Shown: positions 1 through 10,495 of the stretch, one piece after another
Layout: every line of letters begins with the position of its first letter
Position numbering within the stretch: the first letter of the stretch is position 1
Origin: an uncultured Myxococcia bacterium
Lineage (GTDB): Bacteria > CAZTWC01
Direction of reading: 5' to 3'
Length of the DNA: 20,000 bases
Assembly (NCBI GenBank): GCA_964617105.1
Contig: CAZTWC010000001.1
Location: forward strand, 57,938 to 77,937
Translations under genes and position numbers: made by a program
Notes under the pieces: generated by a model
Database searches by the model: none
What the model was told of the DNA's origin: nothing
The model's input: the letters and a program-made list of their open reading frames with translations, nothing else

Positions 1-3000
1 ATTTATCATAGAGTTGCAGAAGCTCAGAACCCAAAAGGTGCAGACTCCAGCCATCACCGATTATATGGTGCACAGCAATCAGCCAATAGTATTGGTCGTC
101 TTGGGCGCAGATCATCTGCATCTTGAAAAGCGGCCAGGTTTCCGGATCAAATATCTTCTTTTTCAAGTTAATAAAATACTGTTCAATTATTTCCATTTGT
201 TGTTCAGAAGAATTTCCAGCCATCTGGGGCCGTAAATCAATAAACGGCAAAATCTGGTCTGAATCAATACTCTCCATAGCGATAATTTTTTGTTTGGTTT
301 TTACCCCTTCTTTAACAAATATTGCCCTCAGCATGGAATGGCGATCAAGCAACCTGGATAGAACCTGCATAAAGAGTGGCCTATCAATTTTGCCTTTAAC
401 CGGTATAATGGCACACCATTTAGGGCAACTATCGGGCTTTAGCCTTTGGGAGAGGAGGAATCCCGCCTGGGAAGGGGTCAAATCAAAACTCTCCTCGGGG
501 TGATGTGCCGGGGGCTCGATTTGAGCCTGATTCTCTATAGATGATTCTTCTCCACTCTCTTTCTGCCGAGCCAAAAACTCCAGATGTTCTGCCAAAGCAG
601 CAATAGTTCTCTTATTATATAATGTTATGGGACGCGGCAGTACAGGAACCTGCCCCCGCAAACGCTGCAACATATCCAGGGCTAAAATGGAATCACCACC
701 CAGGGAGAAAAAATCTTCCTGATCATCTATCTGGGCCAACCCCAGAAGGTCCTGCCAAATAGCCATCAGTTTCTCTCTAAATGATCGATTTACCCCAGAA
801 CTTTTCTGAATTACCGAGGCTATAAATTGCTTGACTAAAGAGTGCCGGTCAATTTTTTGGGCTCCGGTCAAAGGAATTTCCGAGACCACCTGGAGGCGGT
901 GGGGGATCATAAAGTCGGGCAGCTGTTTTTGCAAAAAATTCAACAGGTTTTCCGCCAAATCCAGGCCGGAGTCCGGGGAAACCGGCTCTACAAAAGCCAC
1001 CAGCCATTGCCGCTTTCCATCCCGATATTCAAGCACCGCTGCTGACCTCACCTGGGCATTAGAGAGCAAGGTGGCCTCTATTTCGCTCAACTCAACCCGG
1101 TTGCCACGAATCTTTACCTGATCATCATTGCGCCCTAAAAAAATCAGGTCGCCTTTGGGGTTCGCTTTGGCCAGATCACCGGTTTTGTATAACCTGCCCT
1201 CAATTCCCGGCACTGAAACAAAAGCGGTTTTGGTCAATTGTTCGTCGGCCAAATAACCGCTGGCCAGACTCTCTCCCCCCACATAGATCTCCCCAATCTC
1301 TCCCGGCGAGCAGAGAACTCCATCTGGATTGATTAAATAGATTTTCGAACCCAGCCTGGCCTTGCCAATAGGAACCTGGGTCTCATTATCCCGGGGAGGT
1401 CCTTTTACCTCGTACCAAATGGCATTGACCACGGTTTCAGTTGAACCGTACAAATTGGCAATCCGGTGACTGAAACCAAAGCGATCGAGCCAGCGCCGTA
1501 TTTGTTCTGCCAGTACCTGTTCTCCGCCGATAAGGACCCAACGCAAATGATCCAGGTTTACTTTCCTCTGCTGGCTATTCAAAATATCAACATAGTCAAG
1601 CAGGCTCATCAACAAAGTAGGCACTGAATTCCAGATGGTGATCCGGTTTTGTTCTAAAAAGTTGACCAACCGGTCAGGATCTCGAGTAATATCTTTACCC
1701 ACCGGGTAAACTGTGGCTCCGGCTAACAGAGGTGAAAATATCTGCCGGATGGAACCGCCGAAACTGATGGAAGAGGTCTGGATAAACCTGTCCTGGGCGG
1801 TGATAGAAAAAGCCTGCTGCACCCAATCGTGAAAAATTGAGGCAGCCCGGTGGCTGACCAGGACACATTTGGGCTTGCCCGTGGTGCCAGAGGTGTACAT
1901 GCCATAGGCAATATCTTCCGGAGATACCCGGGGTAAATCGCTCAAATCTTCTGTGGGATAAATATCCAACACCTGGGACCAGGTTAGCAGGGGCTGGTCA
2001 ATACTGTCGGGTTGTTCCAGACCGTCATTATCCAGCAGTATTATCTGAGTTATCTGGGTATCCTGGTACAGAGAGGCCATCCGGGTCAATTGACGACCCT
2101 GGGTCAAAACCACTTTGACCTCAGAATGGGAGACCATATTGACTATCCTTTGGTCTGGATATTCCGGGTCTATGGGAGTATAGGTGGCGCCGCTGGCCAA
2201 GATAGCCAAAATCCCCACAATAGCCTCCACCCCGGGACTGGCCAGAATCCCTACCATATCTTTGGGTTTGACACCCTGATCTATCAAAGCCTGAGCCAGG
2301 CTTTTGGCCCGTTTTCCCAACTCCTCATAACTAATAGTTTCCTGGGCAGTTACAACGGCCGTATCTTCTGGAATCTGCCCGATTTTATCAAAAATACGTT
2401 GGTGAATCACCTCTCCGGAAGAGAGTTGCTCGGGTTGAGTCTCCAGAGAAGGTTGAAGGGTGGACTGGGATGATAAAAACCGGCCATAGTCACCGATAGA
2501 ACCCTGGCCCCTGGACTGGATAATCTTTTTCAAAAGATCCTGGTGCTGCCTGGCCAACTGCTGAATAGTCGTTTTTTTAAACAGCGATTCGGTATAATTC
2601 CAGGAGAAGTGTAAACATCCGGAGAACTCCCAGCCGATAAGACCCAATTGGGTAAACCCGGAGGCAGAACCTCCGCGCATAGATTCCACCTTCAGAGAAC
2701 CGAAATTGGAAGCAGAAGGAAAATCTGGCCAACTAAGACCGGCAGGAGTAACACCGCGCGGGCCTTGAGATTTACGATCTCCATAAATACCGGCGATCTC
2801 CAGAGAGGAAGTAAGAGGAAAACGCTGGGCCCTGGTAATCTCCTGCTTAACCAACTGAAACAGATCTGGCAGGGTTATATCTTTTTCCAGTTTGATCCGC
2901 ACCGGAAGAGAATCGGCAAAAGATCCCACCACCCTGGTAATATCGGTCACTCTGGCTTCGCGGCGAGCATTGGCCACCCTGATCACAATATCCTTTTCCC

Positions 3001-5137
3001 CAGACAATTTGTTTAGCAACAGGAGATAACTGGCAAAAATCAGATGCAAAGAGGAGATACCCATCTGGCTAGTCAAAAGAGCCAGGGCGGCTGAAGTCTC
3101 TTTATCCAAAATTTGCAGATGGATACTACAGGGACCGGTAGGCTCGGCTAAGGGATCAGAATCAAAAGGAAGCGCCAGAGCTCCCGGCGGATTCTGCAAA
3201 ACCTCTTTCCAGTACTGGCGGCTCCTTTCACCATCCTGACTGCGGGCCGAATTCTCGATAGCCGCCGCACAACTGGTAAAATTGCTCTGCAAAGCCGGTA
3301 AAAGATGGTTGCGCCCCTGCTCAAAGCGGCGGTGGATCTCCAAAAGTTCACTCACCATTATTTGGGCGCTCCAGGCATCGGCGACAATATGGTGAATATT
3401 GAACATCAGGCAATATTGGTTGGGGGCCAGGCGGCATAAAATAATCCGGTAAAGAGGCCCCTTTTCCAGGTCAAATACTCTATTTAAAACCTGCGTCTCC
3501 AGGTTATCTAAAAATTGATTTTGCTCTGCACTATCTTTAGTGCACAGATCCAGACTCTCTATTTCTGGAACGGAAAAACCGCCCTTTCGCTGAATTAACT
3601 CTCCCTGTTCCCACAAAAATATATTCTGCAAAACCTGGTGACGTTGAAAGAGTTGTTCATTGGCCTGCTCCAAATTTTCCAGAGATATGGCGCCGGTTAT
3701 TTGGATCCGCATAAAGACATAGCAGGGCATATGGGGATAAAAAGATTGGTTGGCAAAAAAAGTTTTCTGCGCGGGCAACAGGGGCAAGGGGATCTCTTTA
3801 ACCGGAGATTCCTGGGCCAATTCATTTAAATAGGCTGTCAGTTTTGATACCGTGTCATACTCGAAAAGCAAGGTATTATCCAAAGTTACCCCAAGTTCTT
3901 TTTCCAACTCTTTCACCATATCAACCGCGGTAAGCGAATTTATTCCCAGGTTGAACAGGGGGACATCAGCATCGATTTGATCTGGCGTCAGGTCTAAAGC
4001 ATCGGCCAGCATCTGGCGCACCAGATCCTCTATGCTGCCTGAGGAGATCAATTTATCCTTTTGGACCGCCAACTCACCGGAACTGGTATCTACAACCAGC
4101 TCTGAAGTTTTTTTAACCAATGGCGGTGAGAGAGCCGGAGAGGAAAAGGTGGAGCCCTCAGTGGATACTGCAGGAGATGAGGGTGGACCAACAGTGGAAA
4201 TGATATCATCCTGCAGGAAAGATGAAGCAGGATCTTCCTTAAGGTCTCGGGGATCCAGGGCCAGGCTCAGCCAATGACCGCTGGCCAAAGCCAGAGGCAA
4301 ACACTGAACTGCATCCTGGGGCAATAAAGGATGAATATTAAAAATCTCTTTCACTTTACTCTCATCCATGGTGGCGATCATGCCTACCTTTTGCCACAGA
4401 GACCAGGCCAGGGAGAACCAGGGTTTTCCCTGGCTTTTTTTCCGGCCGGCAAAGATGTTCAAAAAAGCATTGGCTGCCCCATAGTCGGCCATCCCCTTTG
4501 AAAACCTGGCAGATAATTGAGTAAAGGCGCCTGAAATGGAAGATATCAAGAGCACGAAACCATAATCTCTATTGGTAAGGGCTGCCTCCAGGTTCAAAGT
4601 TCCCAACACTTTTGGCTTAATAACCTTCTCTATTTCTGAAAGATCTTTTTTCAGCAAAGATCCGGCAGAGATAAGGCCTGCGCCCTGAAAAACACCCTGA
4701 ATTTTGCCATACTTTTGAAAAAGTTTAGCTATCAGTCCCTGTAAAGCCTGAAAATCGAGAATATCTACTTGAAAATACTCTGGCTGGGCACCCAGTTTCT
4801 GCAACTCTTCTAAATTGGCTCCCATCTCTTCTGCTGATCGCCGTCCAGTGAGGATAAGCACCGGATTATCAACCTGGCGGGCCAGATATTTGGCCAGGTA
4901 AAAACCGACTCCGCCGCTGCCGCCGAGAATCAGATATACTGACTTGGGAGAGGTTTGAAAAAAGTCACTCTGCCCAGTTCCAATTGGTAAAGATGTAACA
5001 ACCGGTGTCAGATTACCGCTGTCCCTAATTGCTGCCGGTGCAAAAGAACGATTTTTTAGGCCTTCCTTTATCTGAACAGCCGCTTTTTCCAGTTGCAACT
5101 CTTCCCAGTTCACCTCCAGGTCGATCACCTGGCCGGT
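1..5137 (-). CDS. Hybrid PKS-NRPS megasynthase, downstream part (KR-ACP-C-A-PCP-C...), running off the left edge; not in the ORF track
   Basis: Manual minus-strand translation from 5137 gives no stop down to the edge, and the ORF track lists no closed ORF in this frame. KR: GGSGGVG (4924-4904), PKV, SS, YGAAN. ACP: LGINSL (Ser 3937-3935). C1: HHIVADAWS (from 3394). A: YTSGTTGKPK (~1897), NLYGSTE, YKTGDL, GRNDDQVKIRGNRVELSEIE, PLTGAQKIDR. PCP: FFSLGGDSI (Ser 691-689). C2: LTPSQ, RHSMLRAIF, HHIIGDGWS (HHIIGDG 70-50). Confidence 0.95.
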
Positions 5138-5247
5138 NNNNNNNNNNNNNNNNNNNNNNNNNNNNNNNNNNNNNNNNNNNNNNNNNNNNNNNNNNNNNNN
5201 NNNNNNNNNNNNNNNNNNNNNNNNNNNNNNNNNNNNNCCTGGCCGGT
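5128..5247. repeat. 10-bp direct repeat CCTGGCCGGT on both sides of the assembly gap
   Basis: Identical CCTGGCCGGT at 5128-5137 and 5238-5247, each abutting the N run. Confidence 0.9.
5138..5237. other. Scaffold gap (100 N) within the KR structural subdomain of the megasynthase
   Basis: Exactly 100 N, a typical placeholder length. The apparent frame change and the stop at 5125 in the ORF track follow from the arbitrary gap size. Confidence 0.97.
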
Positions 5248-8200
5248 GATACAACTATTGGCAGTGACAATATGCAGCGGCGCCTTTAGTTGGGCTGATA
5301 TAACCCCTTTTAAAAATGAGCGCAGCCGGGAAATATCCTCCGTCAACTGGGAATAATCCTGATCTGAAGAGGAAAATTTCATGGGCCCAAAATTGCCCAG
5401 ATAAATAACTCCCGCAATTTTCAATGGGCCCAGAGAGCTTATTAACCATCTGAAATGATCACTGTTTTTCGGATCCAGAATAAAAGTATACTCTGAATCA
5501 CGAATAAAGGCATCGCCCTGAAACAGGGCAAAAACCTCTCTATGAGGATGGCCATCCCCTTTTATCTGATGGGCCAATACCTGGGCGAGACCCTGCTGAT
5601 CTGCCATAATTAGCCAGGCCCCCTCTGAAAAAGAGCCTGAAGATGATTCTGGTGCTGCTTGCCACTCTATCTGGTGCAGTAAACTCTGGATCCGCTCCTC
5701 TCCTGATGGAGATTTCTGAGTACTCAAAAATTCCTGGCCGCCAATCTGGATGCCCTCCCCTTGAGCCTCTTCTGCCAACATTAAGTCCTCATCCTGTAAA
5801 AATTCGGTTTTATACTGACGACCCAAAAAAGGGATTGAAGGGATTGAAAAAGAGTTTATGGGTTGGGAAGGTAAAATCGGGGTCCAGTTCAGGTTGAAGC
5901 CCTGGGTCCACAAACTGCCCAGCACGCTTAAAAATTGCTTAAGTTGCTCCGCCTGAACCTTTGCCTCCCTGACCGCTGGCTCCTCTTGAGCAGAGGACCC
6001 GGGTGCCCGGCTTAGAAAAAAACTTCTATTTCTATCTTTGCCTGATAACAGGGATCTGCACAGAGAGGTTAAGGTGATCCCCGGTCCAATCTCTAAAAAA
6101 ATATCCGCTTTTTCCTGGGTTAGCCGGGAAAAGGCCTGGGTAAATTGAACTGGTTTACTAATATGGCGGCACCAGTAAGTTTGATTCAATTCATCTTGAC
6201 TGCACAGCTCCGCCTTAACCGTGCTCACCAAAGGGGTTTGTAAAGAACCAATTCCCTCCACCTGCTGCAAAAACCGGTCAAAATCCTCCAGCATGGGCTC
6301 CATAAGCGGCGAATGGAAAGCATGGGAAACTTCCAGTTTTTTATACCTTATCTTTTGCTGGGATAAAAGTTGGGCTATCTGGGCCAACTCTTTTTCACCT
6401 CCTGATAGTACCAATTGGTTGGCTGAGTTATAAGCGGCAATAGAGACCCGCTGGCTAAAAGGCTCTACTATAGGCGACAATTGATCGTGGTTGGCAAAAA
6501 CCGCCATCATCTGACCCGCTTCTGGGAGATCCTGCATCAATTGGCCCCGTTTTTCAGCGATCTTCATGGCAGTTTTGGCATCCAGGGCTCCACCTACTGC
6601 GGCTGCGGAAATCTCCCCCACACTATGTCCCAAAACATAGGCTGGTTTAATGCCCAACTCTATAAGCATCTGGGCCATGGCCACCTGGAAAGCCACCAAA
6701 AGAGGTTGGGAGATGGAAGTCTGCTTGATCTGTTGGGCAATAGCATCCAGATTGATACAACTGTCTAAGAGAGTATCTTGCAGATGGCTATAACCGCATA
6801 GTTGTTGAAAATATTGGTTAAAAGAGGGTAAATATTTAAAAAAACCGCTCCCCTGGCCGAGAAACTGGGCTCCCTGGCCGGGAAACAGAAATGCCACCCT
6901 CAATACCCGTCTTTGGTCAACTCCATCTCCGCATATCCACTGGTAATTGGCGGCTGAACCAGGAGTCTGACGGCTGACCGCCACAGAAGATGAACAGTCC
7001 TTCCGCTCAGATTCCTGGTCAAGGACGCCAGCCAACTGTTTCAGCGATTCAGATATATCCTCTTGTTCACAAACTGCCTCCAGGGGGAGCGCAGTACGCT
7101 GGCTGAATCCGGTTCGTCCTTTCGCCATTTGGGAACATAGATCCTCTATGGAAATAGGGATATCCTGTTCAGCCATGGATTGAGCGTAACCCTGCAAATG
7201 TTCCCGATCAGGAGCGCTCAAAGTAAATAAATGGTAAGGCCAACTTGAGATTGCCGGTTTTAAGGTCCGAACCGGGGCCTCTTCCAGCACCAGATGGCAG
7301 TTGGTTCCGCCAAAGCCAAAAGAGTTGATTCCCGCTCTCAACGGTGCGCTGCCTCTCCATTTTTCCAAATCGGTCTGAATCCGTAAGGGAGTTTTAAGAT
7401 CCTTTAGTTGAAAATCCTCTACTGAACAGTGAAGCGACGGGGGCAAAATCTGGTGCTTCAGGCAAAGCAGCATCTTTATAAAACTGGCTACTCCCGCTGC
7501 TCCCAATAGATGGCCTATATTTGATTTAACCGAGCCGATGGGAATGCTGTTTTGTGGCTGACCCGAAAAAAACTTGCTCAGCGAACGCAGTTCTATAGGA
7601 TCTCCCAGCGGAGTTCCGGTTCCATGGGCCTCAATAGCGCTAATAGTAGCAGGATCAATATTTGAATTGGCATAGGCTTTCTCCAGCACTGCCACCTGTC
7701 CCGGAAGATGGGGGGCCATTGCTCCTACCGAGCGGCCATCGTTATTGATGGCACTGCCCTTGATTACTCCCCAGATATGATCACCTTCGGCCAGCGCCCG
7801 GCTCAGAGGCTTCAACAACACCAGACCAGCGCCCTCTCCTGGCACAAAGCCATCGGCCTTTCGGGAAAAGGGGCGGCTTTTACCAGTTTTGGAAAGCGCA
7901 CCCGCCTGGCCAAAATAGCGGTGGGCCACCGGGGTCAAATTTAGATTAATCCCCCCCGCAATAGCCAAATCACACTCTCTGGTCAATAGGCTCTGAATCG
8001 CCAGGTGAATAGTCACCATCGAGGAAGAGCAAGCTGTATCAATGGCCATGGATGGGCCGGTAATATTGAGTTCATGGGAGAGCCTAGATGCCAGCATGTT
8101 TAACAGATTATCAACTAAAAGCAGAGGATGAAGAGAGGGGGTGGAGGAGATCCGTTCCATCTCCTGTTTAAATTGCTGCCTGGTATCTTGATCAAGGGAG

Positions 8201-10479
8201 TTGAAAATACTGCTTTTGGCCAATCGAGCAAAAGCCTCTTGACGATGCAAGGGAGTGGTTAACAACTCCTGGTAAGGGACCTGGTTAGAGCCAATATACA
8301 CACCTATAGATTGATTTTGGCGCCGCTTTTCTCCGTGAAAACTGGTCTCCAGCAACTCCAGCCCCAACTCCAGCAAAACTCGCTGCTGCGGGTCCATCAC
8401 CCGGGCTTCTTCAACATCAACGGAGAAGAAACTGTTATCAAAAGAGTAAGGATCAGTCAAGAAACTACCCCATTTACAATCCAGTTGATCTATGGTGCCA
8501 TCCGAAAATCTCCCCTTAGGGATATCCTCTATCAGATCAGCCCCACTGGCGAGATTGTTCCAGAAATCTTCGGGAGTAGAGGCTTGTGGAAAACGACAGG
8601 CAACTCCAATAACCGCTATATCTACTGTTTCAGTATACCTGGTATCCTCTTTTTTCATCGATTCGATCTTTGCTCTCTTTTTAATGATAAAAGTCTCAGC
8701 ATCTTTTGCATCTCTCTGGGAGGGGAAATGGTCTGGCAATATACTTTTATTGTTTTGGCTGTCCAAATATTTTTTAGCCAGCACATAGCGGCGAATTTTG
8801 CCGCTAGAGGTTCTGGGGATCTTTCTATTGTCAATCAAAAACACCTGTTGGATGGTGATGCCCAACTCCCCTTGCAGCCGCCTTTTCACCTTAAAGGGCA
8901 ATTGAACATGATCTACCCCTTCTGGTTCGGGACAGATAAACACCAAAATCTCCTCGCCATCTATCTCTCCGGCCTGGGCAGTGGAGCAGGCTACCGACAG
9001 ATGGACCCCCTCTACCCTATTGGCCACCTCTTCCAGGTCTTGAGGAAAAACATTGCGGCCGGCAAAATTGATCATCTCTTTGATCCGGCCGCAGATAGCC
9101 AACCTTCCCTCTTTGATAAAACCTATATCACCGGTTCGCAACCAGCCATTGTACCTGGTCTGTAAAGTGGCATTAGCATCCTGAAAATAGCCGGCAGATA
9201 TATTTGGCCCTTTAACCAGAATCTCTCCAGTTCCATCTCCAACCACATCTCTATTCTCCTGATCAACTATTTTTACCTGGCAGCCATCCAAAAGGGGACC
9301 CACGCTAACTACCTGGATCTCCTCTTCTTCTGCCCCATTAATTTCATCACCGGCAACCTGATCCGCCTGGTGCTTTGACACTGCCTCTTCTGTAACCTCA
9401 ATTACCTCTCCCCTTCTTTGCAGCGGTTCTTTTAACAAACTATGGTAATGAAACCCTTTTCCCCGGGCCGCAAAAGATACTCCCACCGAGGCTTCTGCCA
9501 ATCCATAACAGGGCAAAATAGCCTGGCGCCGAAAACCAACAGCGCTAAAGCGTTGGCTAAATTTTTTTAAAACCTTTAGGTTAATTACCTCCGCTCCCAC
9601 CACAAAAATTTCTACAAAACTCAAATCCCAATTATTATGGTCAATATCCTTTATCTGGTTGACAATATAGTGCAAAGCAGTATTGGTGACCGACAGCATG
9701 GTGGCTCGATTTTGGGAGGCCAAATTAAGCCAGTTTTGCGGATTTCTCAAAAACTGGGCCGGGGTCATTTTGATTTGACGGCAGTTGCTGTAAAGAGGAA
9801 GCAGGTGGCAGCCTACCATGCCCAAATCGTGATAGTGGGGGATCCAACTCAACTCCACATCCTTCTCATCCATATTGGACCTGGTCTGCATCTGATGCAG
9901 GTTGGCCAGGATATTCTCCTGACTTAACAAAACCCCTTTAGGTGCGCTGGTGCTGCCCGAGGAGTATTGGATCAGGGCCGGATCCTGAGGTTTAACCTCC
10001 TGATTAAAGAATAGTTGACTGCTCTCTTTTAGAGACTCCAGATAGATAAACTGTTGCTCAAGCCCCTTAATTGGCGGGATATCCTGGGAGATTATAACTT
10101 TGGGACCTTCTAATTTTTCCCAGACATTTATTAGTTTACGCTGGAGGTCCACTTTGCCGGGACCAATAGGGGCAGGTAAGGGCACCGGGATAAACCCGCC
10201 ACATTGACAGGCCCAAAAGGCGGGATAAAAATCAGCCGGCCTCTCAAAAACCAGGGGTAAAGGCGAGCCTGGTTTAACCCCGGCATCCAATAGTCCGGCG
10301 GCAATTCTCTGAGCCTGGTCAAAGAGGCTGGCCAGAGTTTGCTCAACCAAATTACCATTTTGGTTCCAATAGAGTATGTTGCCGGCCTGGCCAATCTTAT
10401 CAGCATCGGCGGCACGGGCCTTTAACATCTGGGACAGGGAGTTAAACTGGTCCATAATTGATCTATCTTTCATTTGCAA
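5238..10479 (-). CDS. Hybrid PKS-NRPS megasynthase, N-terminal part: fatty acyl-AMP ligase-like (FAAL/MycA-type) - KS - AT (malonyl-type) - start of KR
   Basis: FAAL: QYSSGSTSAPKG, SWIPHYHDLGMVG, YGLAEA followed by an insertion, WLRTGDIG, PRTSSGKIRR. KS: DIAVIGVACRFP, MDPQQR, DTACSSS (Cys ~8030), EAHGTGT, KSNIGHL, GINSFGFGGTNCHLVLEEAP. AT: FPGQGAQ, GHSVG (6630-6616), HAFH (6324-6313). No DH motif before the KR structural part (HQIEW...WLIMAD). The start may be TTG 10479 or ATG 10473. Confidence 0.95.
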
Positions 10480-10495
10480 TTTCCCATCCTGGTTT

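Noticed and set aside
5125-5137. Stop codon ending the 1784-aa ORF, suggesting a frameshift or pseudogene
   Set aside because: Artefact of the 100-N placeholder; KR sequence continues in another frame immediately left of the gap.
14-9927. Many short plus-strand ORFs (e.g. 8311..9165, 2012..2473, 123..503)
   Set aside because: Antisense shadows of the megasynthase with no recognisable motifs.
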